Shown: positions 1-26,686 of the stretch, in pieces | How positions within the stretch are numbered: the stretch's first letter is position 1 | How the letters are laid out: every line of letters begins with the position of its first letter | Source: the human T2T-CHM13v2.0 reference genome, Homo sapiens | DNA: 64,000 bases | Assembly (NCBI RefSeq): GCF_009914755.1 | Contig: NC_060925.1 | Direction: 5' to 3' (one strand) | Translations under genes and position numbers: made by a program | The notes under the pieces: model-generated | Seen by the model: the letters and a program-made list of their open reading frames with translations, nothing else | Databases searched by the model: none | Told to the model about the DNA's origin: nothing

Positions 1-119
1 CTGTATGGCAGGATGAGGGCTGCGGACACTGGAGGCGTATTTGTAGGGGGCAACAGCCCGGGGAGCAGCAGCAGCAACAGCAGCGCGTGGCGCTAAGTTC
101 TGCACAGCTGTGGGAACGC
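1..119 (-). CDS. PABPC4: PABPC4 exon 12 (partial, runs off the window edge)
   Basis: CCCTAAG| acceptor; [40 protein letters not shown]. Confidence 0.93.
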
Positions 120-213
120 CTTAGGGAAAGAACAAATACAATTAAAGCCCATCAGTCTGGGCAAAGACCCGTCAAATCCCATCTTTCCCCCTTCTGTGTG
201 CATCCAATACCAC

Positions 214-300
214 CTCCAGACTGGCAGCTGTCAGTCAGCCCTTGCTGGGCGGCACCAGCCCCACCAAAGTCCATAGCCAAGCGGTCCGGGCACTCAGACC
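214..300 (-). CDS. PABPC4: PABPC4 exon 11 (87-nt frame-preserving cassette)
   Basis: GTTGTAG| acceptor; [29 protein letters not shown]; weak GAG|GTGGTA donor; symmetric phase 1. Confidence 0.9.
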
Positions 301-800
301 CTACAACAGACCAGCAAATGCACATCAGTGTTGGCGGCAGATGTCCAACTGGCCACGTCCCACGGAAGGAGAAATTTCAAAGCACGTTTACGCAACACAT
401 TGCACAGGGGGCCACTACTACTTTCGAGGATGAGCCAAAGGATAACATACAACTCTTTCCACATCTTGGAATACAAGACATATTCTGTATACACTGTTTC
501 CTTGTATTCCTCACCCCACCCAAAAGAACAAGCTGCCTCTGTGGTCATCCAGCTAGCAAACTTCTACAACTAACCTTTTTCACATAGGTCACCGATGAGC
601 AAAGAATGTTAAAAGCAACTGACACACCTAGAACTCATACTGTTTCTCTGCTCCTGAAGTGGCCACCTAAGCACACAGCTAAGATTACAGAACCAGGACT
701 CGATAAATTCGAGCCCAACAAACTGACCAACCCAGGACAGAGCCTAGTCATCCTGACTCCCTCCTCCCCAGGCCACACTTCTAAAGGCCAGTTTGCTCAC

Positions 801-920
801 CGACTCTCTGAGTGGTAGTAGGGAGGCCACGAGAGGCCGGAGCATTACCAGTTGGAGCCAGATGGCGAAGAGTTGGACGAGGCCCAGACTGGCGTATAGC
901 ACTTGGCATTCCTTGGAAGC
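801..920 (-). CDS. PABPC4: PABPC4 exon 10 (alternative internal donor ends exon at 849)
   Basis: CCAG| acceptor; [40 protein letters not shown]; distal donor TCG|GTGAGC (800) and proximal donor CTG|GTAATG (848) differ by 48 nt = 16 aa, matching the long/short isoforms I recall. Confidence 0.93.
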
Positions 921-1063
921 CTGGTGAAGAGAAAAATTGCACATCATTGAGAAGTGATGTGGACCAGAACCTAGGCTGTGCCTCAGAGTGGGGAAGAAGG
1001 AAAGGCAGGGGAGACCAGGACAGGTATATCCTGGGCTGTCAATTACTGTTCCCCACCACCTAC

Positions 1064-1151
1064 CTTGAGGTCTCCCACCTTGCTGCCAGCGTGGATTAGG
1101 CCTCATCTGTGCTAACTGGTTAGGTGTATAATATGGAGGCCTTCCCTGAGC
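1064..1151 (-). CDS. PABPC4: PABPC4 exon 9 (Pro/Gln-rich linker)
   Basis: TTACAG| acceptor; [29 protein letters not shown]; AAG|GTAGGT donor; 88 nt. Confidence 0.96.
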
Positions 1152-1390
1152 CTGTAAGACAGAAGAATACCCAAACACCCCCTTAAGGACTGAACCCATC
1201 CTAGAGAAGTATCTCATCTCATCTCACTAACCAGGACCTAAGCTAATTATTTAAATGTTCTTTCTATTCAAGAGCTGAGGGGTCAGCTAATGGGGACTGT
1301 TTTATGCTACCACTGCCACTGTGGGTGTGTGTTTGTGACCATGGGTAAGTCCTTCATTTTTACTTGAAGGGTCCTTATTGTGACATTCTA

Positions 1391-1756
<366 letters not shown>

Positions 1757-1796
1757 CTACAAAATGAGACCAGCTACTTAAGAAATAAGGTGTCCC

Positions 1797-2283
1797 TGGC
1801 TGGGTGTGATGGCTTGTGCCTGTAATCCCAGCACTTTGGAAGGCTGAGGTGGGAGGGCTGCTTGAGCTCAGGAGGTTGAGACCAGCTTGAGCAATGTAGT
1901 GAGACCTCATCTCAAAAAAACAAAGGGCCAGGCGCAGTGGCTCATGCCTGTAATCCCAGCACTTTGGGAGGCCGAGGTGGGTGGATCACGAGGTCAGGAA
2001 TTCAAGACCATCCTGACCAACATGGTGCAACCCCGTCTCTACTAAAAATACAAAAATCAGCTGGGCGTGGTGGCACACACCTGTAATCCTAGCTACTCAG
2101 GAGGCTGAGGCAGGAGAACCGCTTCAACCCGGGAGACAGAGATTGCAGTGAGCCGAGATCGCGCCACTGCACTCCAGCCTGGGCGACAGAGCGAGACTCC
2201 ATCTCCAAAACAAAACAAAACAAAACAAAACAAAACAAAACAAAAACACCAACCAACCAAACCAACAAAAAAAACAAAACAAA
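1797..2283 (+). mobile_element. Alu monomer + AluS with (CAAAA)n tail, PABPC4 intron 7
   Basis: Alu consensus motifs; antisense to the gene. Confidence 0.9.
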
Positions 2284-3751
2284 CCTACAAATAGGAAAAA
2301 AAAGGATGTCCCTGGGTGGGGAGGGAACTATTCAGAAGAACCAGAAAGCCTGGGTTCTGCTGCAGTCACTGAGTCTAGGTCAGGGTTCTGGCACAGGATT
2401 TACCCCAGACCAACTAAGTCACAACCTCTAAGGTATCTAGGTGTTTTCTTTGAGTCCCCAGGTGATGCTAAAGTTCTGAAACACTATGATATGGCTAATA
2501 ATAAAACCAGGAACTCAAAGATGTTTCCTGATACCTGGTGGATAGCTACTCCGGGTAACCACAAAACATCTTGAGAGTAGTACTGAGCAATTTATTTTCA
2601 TATCTCATATGCTTCAAGACCTCGGTGGACAAACTCTAACAAGCTCTTACCAACGTCAGGATAACACTTTTGGAATACCACGTGTGGACAGGAGTCCTAA
2701 AATGTTCAGGTAACCAATGACTGCCACCATTAATTCAATGAGATGACCAGCTCAGAGATAGGCAGCCTAGATTCTAGTCTCACTTGCCTTCCTGAGGCTC
2801 AATTTCCAAGAAATACTCCAAACAGCTACAAAACCACAGGTCTACTGGTTCAGGCAGTCTTTTCCCACATTAAGTTCATCATTCACAAATGGCATTCTTC
2901 CTAATAGACAAGGTTATTCACTGTCTTCTCTGGTGTGACTGTCATTGTTTTATGTCTTAGTTAATGGCCCAGAGAGCCTCCTGAAGTGGAGGATAGGGAA
3001 GTAAAGAAGTGCATCACTCCATAACTCTCTACCAATGAGATGGGCCAGTAAGGTATGTGAATAAAAATGCCACACCATCATAATGAAAATGGGGACAATT
3101 CAAGGTATGGCTCTTCTGCTCTCTTAACAAATGCCAACTTGACTACTGGGCAGATAAGCAAGGATAGAAGATCACTCCTTACACTGATGAGGGCCAGTCA
3201 AGGGGGGGGTCATAGCAAAAACGAAAGGGTAAGAACTGGGCAAACCCACAGTTGGCCTCTGGCCAACTCCCTACTACAACTGATAACATTGCTTTCCACA
3301 TTCCCAGGTTGGGAGCAAAGTCCACTAAGAGCCAGGGCAGGGCCACTAAGCCCTTACCAGCCCACGTGGCTTCCCTTCTCATCAACTAAAGGATTTTGTG
3401 GCATCTGGTACACCTGTTTAGCAAGACCGGCGTCTGCATCCGGCCATAACTCAAAATGTTCAGATGGCACCAGTTTCCATCCTGCTCCCAAAGTGCCAAG
3501 GACAAGCAGTACACCATCCCCATGTAGTCAGCATTCTCTTGTTCAAGGACTAAAATTCCTTATCTTTAAAATGAGGTTCCTACTTACCCTGCTAACTTAG
3601 TTGATATGATTATCAAAGAAAATCAAGCAAATGATGCACACTACGAAACATAGAAAAACCTTCCACTCCCCTTTCCTCTCTTTTTAAGACCAGGGTAGAA
3701 GTTCCCAAGCCCACCTCCAAAATCTTCAAAATACCTTCATTCTCAAGGAGA

Positions 3752-3888
3752 AAATGTGGCAGAGCTGTAGAGACAGGCCCCAAGACAAATGGAAAACAAC
3801 CTGTCTGGATTTCCTCTGCTCATTCTGTAGCACCATCTGTCCCCACACCGGCACGAGGCAGCAAGGAATGGGAAAGATTCAGGTGCTC
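3752..3888 (-). ncRNA. SNORA55: H/ACA box snoRNA SNORA55 (ACA55) in PABPC4 intron 7
   Basis: 137 nt GAGCACCTGAATC...GCCACATTT; 5' stem AGCACC/GGTGCT, H box ACAGAA (3828-3823), second stem GCAGAG/CTCTGC, ACA 3 nt from the 3' end; recognised sequence (reported 18S rRNA guide). Confidence 0.93.
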
Positions 3889-4083
3889 TGAGTTGGCAAG
3901 GAGGGGCTGGGTCAAATTCCTCTCCAGACTCCAGTGCTTGGGAAACAGTGTAATGTTAACCTAATGAAATGTCATTCTCCAGAATGCATCCAGAAATTTT
4001 GCTAGAAAAACGTAGTAGCTACTTTCAGAAATGAACATAATTTAAATGCTATTCCTTCAATGGGACAAATGCCAATAAGCCTA

Positions 4084-4248
<165 letters not shown>

Positions 4249-4280
4249 CTACACTTCTATATCACAAATATTCCCTAAGA

Positions 4281-4783
<503 letters not shown>

Positions 4784-5095
4784 CCCTGAAACTGACAGGA
4801 TCATCAGTGCACTCACCTTTTGTCACCTCTCCCCACAGCTGTTCTGGTGACCACTCACCCACCCCAGCAGGGGTCTTCTTGAAGCCATGCCAAACAAAGG
4901 AGTCTCATTTAAGTAAAAGGAACCTACATGGCTAAAAGCAACAGGCTGAGGCTTCCAAAATAGAGAGCTTCTTGATGAATAAACCCATCTCTTGTTTCTG
5001 GTTCTATAATAATCAGTCATATGTAGTAGGTATATATCCTTTTAAACCTCATCTTTTTAGGTAAAATGGGAAGAAGAACACACTCCAAGTCCTCA

Positions 5096-5317
<222 letters not shown>

Positions 5318-5894
5318 CTAGAGAGGAAAAATATGTCTTTAAAATAAAGTTGCAGCGATGGGGTCTTATTCTGGAGGTCTAAGTCCCAAAAAATATTCTT
5401 TCTACTATAGGACTAAAAACTAAATTCACTCCACCTCTGAAGTCTGTCACACAAATCCAAACTTCCTCATCTGTAAAGTGAGGTTAATATTTAAATGGGT
5501 TATTGATCCAGATAATATAGAAATAGTACAGGTGTATAAACACAAGTGTGCTGACATGAGCCTAGGGCGATATAATATTCCGGCTGCCAGTAAATTCTGC
5601 AGGTGCTTTTGTGGGTATTTAAGTGATAAATATTGAGGGTCTGGCACAATGCTTTGCCCACAAGTAGCTGCCGTGCTGTTATCAAATCAGCACTCACTGG
5701 GCTTTAGTTCTCTCACCTTTGCAGCATAACAAACGTCTGTCCTATTCTTTCAACAACTGATAGCTGAGGTGACAGGTATGTGCCAAGTGCTTTGTAAACA
5801 CCTACATGAAGTTAACATGCGGAACCCAGGAAGATGATCCCAGAGTATAGTAATGGTACATCTACTACCAGATACTCAGACCGTCCCAGCTCTA

Positions 5895-6086
<192 letters not shown>

Positions 6087-6184
6087 CTATTAGTAACACC
6101 ATCTTGAGCACAGCTCAGGAACAGAAGGCTTCCCTCTGGAAACTCACTTGAAGCAAATCTCTGGAGCAGTGCCCTCATCTCTTA

Positions 6185-6556
<372 letters not shown>

Positions 6557-7610
6557 CTATCCTGTGAGGACCAGCCCCAGGGCTCCTGGCTTAGACCAGG
6601 GCTATTCCTACCACATCACACTGCCTTCATGAAGAAACCTGATGGCCATGTTTTTAAAATGTTCATTTCTGTGCAACTATGTAAATGCATAGAAAAGGTC
6701 TGGAAGGATACAAACCAAACTGTTAACAGTGGTTAATCCTAGATATGAGATTGTTGGAGTGAAGGGGCACCCTTTGCTTTTTAAATTTATTTATTTTGGT
6801 CTGTTATACTTAAAAGAAAATTTATCCATGCACTGACATTTTTGTATTTCTTTTTAGTGATATCTGTAGATCAACCACTGCACACACAGACATTATAAAG
6901 ATAACCCATCCTCTGGCATACTGAATGACACAAAGGACAAAAATTATTTTGGCTTGTAATAGCCAAGACTTATTGTCTCTTCTTCTCCCCATATGGCTTT
7001 GGTAAGTTCCCCCTCTCTGCATTCTACAGTAACAACCACATCAAAGCAACAAGGTCTGTTATGAAGTTTTTCTGCAAAGGGATGGGATTTTTTCATTGTC
7101 ACCAAGTATTACTGTGGAGCCAGCCTTGTATTAGGTCACTGAGTCATAAGTTAGAAAATGGAGAACCGCGGGGACAATTTGGCATCAACCACTAGCGAGG
7201 GACCCATGGACAGACCTGAATCACAGGAAAGCCAAGGTCACACTGCTAGTATACAGCTCCTGGTCAGTCCAGGGCCCTCTCCACTCTGCCGCTGGCCAAG
7301 ACCCCGACTCAGAGTGAGCTTAGAGCTGCTTTCCAGCCAGCCCCAGTTGTTGATGCTCACAAAACCCACAGACAGATGCCTTTAAGGGAGAGGCGGCAGG
7401 CAGGCCATGGCTTGGGCAGGAAGCCCACCTTGGCGAGTCAAAAGGGCTGCCACGGCTCAGGCAGGGAGACTCACCAGCCCTGGAGTGGAGAGGTAGGAGC
7501 AGGCCACACTTGGGCCGAGAACCAGTAGCCGCCTTGTGTGTGCCAGTTAATAGCGAGGTGGGGCCACGGCTGGCTCATGCGATGGTTGTTGCTCCGGACT
7601 GGGACACTCA

Positions 7611-7730
<120 letters not shown>

Positions 7731-7988
7731 TCAAAGACAAGGCGGACCACTTTAGCAGAACTGGCCAGCTCCTGAGACATGAGAACCTCAGGGTATCTTG
7801 TGCCTGAGGAGACTCTAGCCCATCCATGGCCAATGGTGGTCAAGTACACCAGTATAATTTTTCTAACACCTAGCACAGCACCAGGTGCCTAGTAAGTGTT
7901 CCATTTACAAAGGTAGCCCTACTAAGATGCTTCTATTCCAAATGTTTTATTTTTATCAAAAACAAACAAACAAAAAATACTTAAAATT

Positions 7989-8262
<274 letters not shown>

Positions 8263-8758
8263 ACAACAACACATTTTAAGAGATCTGGGTGCAAACCACG
8301 GTGATGCAGAAAACAAAACATTTTCCAAGGCCACAACAGATTTTCAGTGTAGTATGGCATTAAACATATACACCACCACCGTTTAAGTTTTAAAGTGCTC
8401 AGCATAGAACAGATACGTAGAAGGAATAGAGTGAATTTATGCTTCTAAAGTGATTAAGTTTCCTCAAGACTAGAGACACTTCTCTGGTCCTCTACTTTCC
8501 CCCATCCCAAAAGAAAAACGTGGGCTTTCCAAAGCTAAAGAATAGGAAGGATATTTCAGGCTGAGTAAAGAACAAGGGTATGAAAGCGTGTGCTGGTTAC
8601 GCTGGGTATGGCCCTGAGATTACCTATGGGAACTTTTAGGATTCCATGTCCAGCATTTTGAAAATTCCCATATCTTGTTCCCCAATTCCAAGATAGTTCT
8701 CTGTTTGGTATTTATCTTGTTTTCAAGAATCAATTAATTATTCTGCTAAAATCATTTA

Positions 8759-9025
<267 letters not shown>

Positions 9026-9859
9026 CTAAGAACAGATTACTCCAGGACTTTTCAAGGTAATCACTCTTGATAAAAGGCAACTCTATTAAAATAAAAGGGC
9101 ATCAGATTCCTCCAGCCTGCACTGTTAGTAAGGGAAGCATAAGTTCCAGCTAATGACTCTACTTCATGACAGAAGTCTAAACACCCTTCTGGGTCTGTGC
9201 CCTTGTTGGATAAAGGGGCCACAAGTAAAGATAATCTAAATGGCCTTAATGACACCAAGATCCAGTGATAATACCTCACATTTGACTAAGCTTTACCACT
9301 TAGAAGAGACTTTGCAGACTACCACCCACCATGACTCAGGTGGGACAGCTGAAATTATACATTTTACAAAATGAACAAACTTATGTTTAGGGTAACTAAG
9401 CTGTGCAGCTAGCTAGTAATTACGAAACTAATACTAGATTATCTGATTTATTTTTCAGTGAGGTATTGCATCAAAGTTATCAAGTCATTTAGTCTGCAAT
9501 CCACCTATGGAGACAAGTGACAAAACCTGTAAAGCAAATGATCTGGAAAAAAAAAAAAAGGTGCTATCCCTGAATTCAGAATTCAGTCCAGTTTATTTTC
9601 AATTTCTGAGAACAGAAATTGACTTAAACAAAAAAGCATCAGTCATCAAAATGGACACAACTGATCACACATGGAAAAGTTCTCTGTACTATCACAAGGA
9701 TAAAACCACCATACCTTCTGCCTAAGTAGACAGTGTGCAGATGGCAGGCCCTGCACCCACCTTTTGAAGCCTTAATGGAAGTTCTGTAGAATTCTAGGAC
9801 TTCAGCTACCCTGGGTGCTCAACCAACTTCCCCATCCAACACCTTGGAATGCTTCCTTA

Positions 9860-10382
<523 letters not shown>

Positions 10383-12131
10383 TCAGAGCAGTGGAACCTG
10401 CTCCTTGCCTCAGGACAACATCTCACTTAAAGGGGGGACAAAATTCCCCAACTCTGCCGCTCCACAAGCTCAACTGTTTCATTAGCCGGGAGAATTTATT
10501 TTCACTCATTATTTCCAACAACTTTCCCCACCCCCTTCAGAAGGTGGGCCTCATCTGTGTGGGGGGTAGTTGGGAAAAGGGGAGATGACAAGACCGATCC
10601 AAGTCAGGAACAGTCCAGGGAAAGAGGACTTTGCTTGTGATGGCTATCAGAGATAGATAGCTGGGATCGCAAACTATTTCATTAATTAGCAGTAAAGGAG
10701 CCCACTTCAACAACAGCTCCTCGTCTATTTCCAGACAGCACTGCACAAGGCAAGCCGGCTTAGTCTGACAAATCTGGCTGCACTTATTTATAGCAGGGAG
10801 AAGTCCTGCAGAAGTATGTGTTGGCAGACACACTGACCAATAGCTTCTGCTATCTCTAAGTGACACGACTTTTGTTCAAAAGTCAGTAAGGCAGACAACA
10901 GCTAATGTGGTACATTATCCCTTAAAAAGACCACACTCAGCTACCTTTGCGCTCCTATGGCCATGGACAGAACTCAGCTTGGAGCACACTGGATTGACAG
11001 TAGCAATACCTAGTCCCTCTCAACATGTCCAATTCTCTGGTCTCAGCCGCAACCTGGGCAGGTAGTAACTCTGGGCCTCAGACAGAAAACAAAGGGGGGA
11101 CCCCAAAACTAGGGACCTGGAGATGCTTTGCCATAGAATGGCTTGTTTCTCCCAGTAATGATCTCTGCAGTTGTTCCCTTTTAATCTGGAGTCACGTGCA
11201 GCCTCTGATCAGGTTTCCTCTGGCCTCCCTCCTGCCACGCCTGCAGCATACCTCTCTCCATGCTCCACGCTAAGGCCACAATCTGAGGTGGCAGAGCACT
11301 GTGCTGGGAGTCCTAACTTGGCTTCCAACTTTTTGCATTCGTTCTCCTTCTCAGGAGTCCCATTTTCTTCAGATTAGATGAAATAAAAGGGCTCTGACTA
11401 GTGCAAAGCACTGTTACAGCTGAGGTGACAAATGACACCAGATTTTCAAGTGACGCTTCCCTAAACTACCTCCACGACACTCTACAGCACAGAGCCTGGA
11501 TACCATTTGTCCAGAGTAAAGCACTTCTCCACTCCAGTGGCAAACACACAGACCAAGGAGGTGGCCTGGCACACGCAGCTTTTGTGGCACTAACCTAAGT
11601 CTCTGCGAAAGTTTAACGCACAGAAACCTTCCCCCTGCTTCCTGCCTGCCCTGACTGATCCTTTATCAGCACAACATCAGGTAGTCAAGGTTAGTAAAGG
11701 TGGCGGAGCGGGCAGGAGCTTTACAATGTAAAACTTTCGCGGGGAATTGTGTTTCAAACGTCCCGCCTTTTTGGCCAGCCTGTGAGGGGCACAAGCAAGG
11801 ATCTCTAACAGCCCAGCCCCACTGACAAGGACCACACGCAGTGGAATGCCAGTGGCTTCACTCTAATCCTGTTTTACAGTCTCCTTGGTTTCCAACCCCA
11901 CTACCAGCAACACTAATAAGTAGCCCAAGGTCACCCAGTTAGCAAGTGGTAGAAACAAGATTGAAACTCGAGTCATCTGATGCCAGGTCCGCGTTCTCAA
12001 TCTCCGCACCCTGCTCCCAGCTTCGGTGGCAACATGCTGTCGTGATGCCGCCCTCCTCGGCAGGAGGGCCCTGCCAGAAGACGACTCCCGGGGTCCTCCG
12101 GGCTCCCACGCACGTGTGGGCACAGCTTCTA

Positions 12132-13160
<1,029 letters not shown>

Positions 13161-13169
<9 letters not shown>

Positions 13170-13200
13170 CGGCCGAGGGAGCCACCGCTCCATTTATACC
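13161..13200 (-). promoter_or_regulatory. PABPC4 core promoter: TATA box plus polypyrimidine (TOP/TCT-type) initiator
   Basis: TATAAA at 13198-13193; CCTCTCTCC at 13169-13161, ~29-30 nt downstream; GC boxes upstream (e.g. GGGGCGGG ~13203-13210). Confidence 0.8.
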
Positions 13201-13497
13201 CGCCCGCCCCGGGCGCTGCTGGTCGAAGGGCGCCTCGCGACCTGGGCGCAGTCGTGCCCGCCCACTCGGCCCGGGGGCCCGAGGCGGGGCGGCCACGCGA
13301 GAGCGACCCGGCGCGGCCGCGCGGCGCTACAGCGACCCCTGGCGCCGGGAGGACCGCCCAGCTCGCGGCTGCGGGAGACCCCAGGGCCCCTTTCTATAAC
13401 AAATAAATCTTAACACCCTCCCACCCATCACCCGGGAATGGAACCTAGGAGCCATTTAACCTGCACACACGCATGAGGTTTAAAATTAAATGGTATG

Positions 13498-19389
<5,892 letters not shown>

Positions 19390-20557
19390 CTATGAGGCGA
19401 TGGCTGCTAAGGTGGTGGCCATGGAGGTGGAGGATGTGTGTCAATTAGGGACATACTTAGTATAATTTCTGATTAATTGGATGTAGGAGGTGAGAGAGTG
19501 AGGAGTCAAGGACGGCTCCCAAGTTTCTGGGAAACCAAAACAATTTCGATTCCTTGCATCTAAACACAAGGTTATCACTGAATTAGTCTTAGAGGGGAAA
19601 GATATGCAAAGCTACCAGAGGAGTCACCCAGACTCCAGGTCTGCAAAATCTAAACAGGCCTTCATGGGACAAAAAGTAGGGTTGGAAGAGGCTGGACAAG
19701 TAACCAGGCTAGTGATCTGAAAGGAGGCTTGTGCACATCAGTACAAATCTGCCCTTGCTGGGGTGGGAAGTGGTATGATTTTTTTTTTTCCACTGGGACT
19801 GAACCTATTCTTGGTGGGTCTATACTTGAGAGATGGTCTTGACATGTCAAGAGAAAGAATATGTTCAGGGTTGGGAAGAGGAAGAAGGAAGAACTTCAAG
19901 GTGGGGAGATGGATATAGAGGCTGCTCTCTGCAGCTATTTTTTTTTTTTTTTTTGAAACGGAGTTTCGCTCTTATTGCCCAGGCGGAGTGCAATGGCACG
20001 AACTCGGCTTACCATAGCCTCCACCTCCTGGGTTCAAGCAATTCTCCTGCCTCAGCCTCCTGAAAGCTGAGGATTTTACACGTAGCAGAAATGTAAGAGC
20101 TTTGCCTTCTGGCATCATTTGTTTGTTCACTCAGCAAACTTATGTGGCATTCCTAAGAGCCAGGTTCTCTCTGCTCTGGGTGCTGGGGACAGAACTGTGA
20201 GCTAAACGTTCACCGAACAACCTCTTCTTGGAGAGAGTGAGAGAGACAAGCAGTGTGTGTGTGTAAGTTGTTGGAAAAAGCTTTGAATCTGAAGGTAAGA
20301 GCAAGGAAACCCCAGCCCCATCCACCCAGCAGGAGGCCAATTCTCCTCACAAAACCTCGATTTCCTGTAAGCAGCAATGGTTCTGCCACTCAGGGAGGAA
20401 GACTCTCCTTGTCCAGAGACAGGGTCTCTGAAATCCTAGAGGTCTGGCCCAAGCACCAAGACAGGCTGCACAACTGTAGACAGTAGTTGTCACATCTCCA
20501 AGCCTCCCATCTGTGTGATGAGCTCAGTAAGTCCTTTTAAGAATAGAGACCAGGCTA

Positions 20558-21048
<491 letters not shown>

Positions 21049-22675
21049 CCAACATTTATTGAGCACCTACTATGTGTCAAGATCATTTTCAGACCTCAAA
21101 CCAGGACTAAATGTGTGTGTGGCATGACCAAGAACCAGATATTAAAAGCTGAAACAAATGTGGAAAATCCATCATCTGTGGAGATCAGGGGTATGAACGA
21201 GGAGAATCATAACTGCTATTCTCCTGTTCAAGTCCCCAGGCTGAACACTGGCTACAAAGATGAGTAAGACATTATTCCTTTCCTGGAATTGGTCACAGTC
21301 TAGTGACCAACTGACTCCTGGATCAATTATTACATCCCAAGGCATATGGAGATGGGCGCCACAGACAGGGTCTCCAGGCAAAAGAGAGAGGTTTTTTGTT
21401 TGTTTGTTTGTTTGTTTGAGGCAGAGTCTCGCTGTGTCGCTCAGGCTGGAGTGCAGCGGTGCAATCTTGACTCACTGCAGCCTCTGCCTCCCGGATTCAA
21501 GCAATTCTCCTGCCTCAGCCTCCTGAGTAGCTGGGATTACAGGCACGCGCCACCACACCCAGCTAATTTTTGTATTTTTAGTAGAGACGGGGTTTCACCA
21601 TGTTGGTCCGACTGCTCTCAAACTCCTGACCTTGTGATCCACCTGCTCGGCCTCCCAAAGTGCTGGGATTACAGGCGTGAGCCACCGCGCCTGACCAAAA
21701 GAGAGAGATTATCTGTACCAAGGGTGATCAGGGAAGGCTTCCTGGAGGTGGTCATGGAGCTGGACCTTTAGAAGATAGTTGCTGTTGTTGTTGTTTTTGT
21801 AGAGACGTGGTCTCACTATGTAGTTCAGGCTGGTTTTGAACTCCTCAAGAGATCCTCCCACCTCAGCCTCCTAAAGTGCTAGGACCACAGGTGTGAGCCA
21901 CCACGCCTGGCCAAGAAGATAGTGTTTTGGAGTGGAAGTGGGAAGAGCATTCTGCAAACAGAAGGCCAGAGGCAGACAAGCCATTTATTGGCTTGGGTAA
22001 GTCATTTCCCAGTCCTTGGCCTTAGTTTCCTCATCAATGGATTAGAAATGGTATAAGATAATATATGTAAACCTTTACACGGTGCTAGGCACACAGGAAG
22101 CATTTAATGTACAGTGGATAATAATACTATATTATTATAATGTGACATTTTCAAGGTTGCTGTGAGCAGCTGAATAGGACTAGAACTCAGAAGTGTGTAT
22201 GTGTGTGTGCATGTGTCTAGTGAGGAAGGAAACTGCAAAGTAAAGTTGAGATCTTGCAGGGGTCCTTGAATGCCATCTACAGTATGGCCTTTCCCAGAAG
22301 TAATTGACCCAATACTATTATTTGGAAATAATGACAGAAACAGACAATACTACACAGTGCTTCCTACACGCCAGGCACTGCTGTAGGCCCTGTGGAGTAA
22401 CTGGCCAAGATAACAAAGCTGGCAAGAGTGGGTTGAGACTTAAATATTTTATTGCTCTAATTCCAATGCTGCCTACAATCACTTGAGGGTAGGAGTTCAA
22501 GACAAGCCTGGGCAACATAGCAAGACCCCATTTCTACAAACATTTAAAAAATTAGCCAGAGCCGGGCACGGTAGCTGATGCGTGTAATCCCAGCCCTTTG
22601 TGTGGCCGGGCGGATCACCTGAGGTTGGGAGTTCAAGACCAGACTGACCAACATGGAGAAACCCCGTCTCTACTA

Positions 22676-22857
<182 letters not shown>

Positions 22858-23023
22858 TTAGCCAGGCATGGTGGCATGCACCTATAGTCCTAGCTACTTG
22901 GGAAGCTGAGGCAGGAGGATCACTGGATCACTTGAGCCCAGGAATTTGAGGCTGCAGTGAGCCGTGATCACACCACTACATTCCAGCCTGGGTGACAAAG
23001 CAAGACCCTGTCTCTAAAAATAA

Positions 23024-23395
<372 letters not shown>

Positions 23396-23619
23396 TAATG
23401 TTCACAACAGTCAAGGAAAGTAGGTATCATCACTACTTTGCAGAGAGAGACCTGAGGCTCAGGCAGTTGAGTAAACTGCTTATGGCCTGGCCCCTGGCAG
23501 CTGGTAGAAAAGTGTGGCAATCACGGGCCGGGCGCGGTGGTTCACGCCTGTAATCCCAGCACTTTGGGAGGCTGAGGCGGGCAGATCACAAGGTCAGGAG
23601 ATCAAGATCATCCTGGCTA

Positions 23620-23967
<348 letters not shown>

Positions 23968-24008
23968 CTATGCTTCCACCAGGCCACTCCAGCCAATGGT
24001 GAGCATAG

Positions 24009-24914
<906 letters not shown>

Positions 24915-24942
24915 CAACTATCAGACGTGCATCATGGTATGA

Positions 24943-25574
<632 letters not shown>

Positions 25575-25673
25575 TAAAAAAATTTTTTCTGGGGCCTGGT
25601 ATGGTGGCTCACTACTGTAATCCCAGCAGTTTGAGAGGCCGAGGCGGGTGGATCACCTGAAGTCAGGAGTTCA

Positions 25674-25910
<237 letters not shown>

Positions 25911-26383
25911 TCACTATATTGCCTATGTTGCCAAGCTTGGTCTTGAACTCCTGGGCTCAAGCAATCCTTCTGCCTCAGCCTCCCAAAATGTTGGGATTAC
26001 AGGCATGAGCCACAGTGCCCTGCTGGCAAAGCAGTTCATACCCACAAATTCATCTCATGTCAACAGGAAGCATGTTCAGCAACCCAGTTCCTGAGCACCT
26101 GGGACCAGGAGCCTGTCATGAAAGTCTGGTGACCAAAAGCAGGAAGAGGGATGCTCAGGAGAGAAGGGGACGTGCATGCTGCCCAGGATAGCTCTGCAGG
26201 CAAGCGGCTCAGCTTCCTGACCCATGATCTGGCTCTGACCCAGAAACAGATCCAGAGAAAAGAAGCCTCAGCAGTCTCCACTTACAGCTGTACCAAATCA
26301 TCCCTTAAAAGTAGCCAGCTGGCTGGGCGCGGTGGCTCACGCCTGTAATCCCAGCACTTTGGGAGGCCGAGGCAGGTGGATCA

Positions 26384-26686
<303 letters not shown>

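Noticed and set aside
602-650. AGAGAA and ACA boxes in intron 10
   Set aside because: Only ~34 nt apart with no convincing hairpin
3453-3540. Second H/ACA-like hairpin in intron 7 (AGAGAA ... GATGGTG/TGCCATC ... ACATTT)
   Set aside because: Upper stem-to-ACA distance is ~22 nt instead of 14-16, and the would-be 5' hairpin is a MIR-like fragment; a snoReport/Infernal run could revisit it
3067-3600. 177-aa + strand ORF in intron 7
   Set aside because: No recognisable homology, antisense to PABPC4, and ends in a MIR-like fragment
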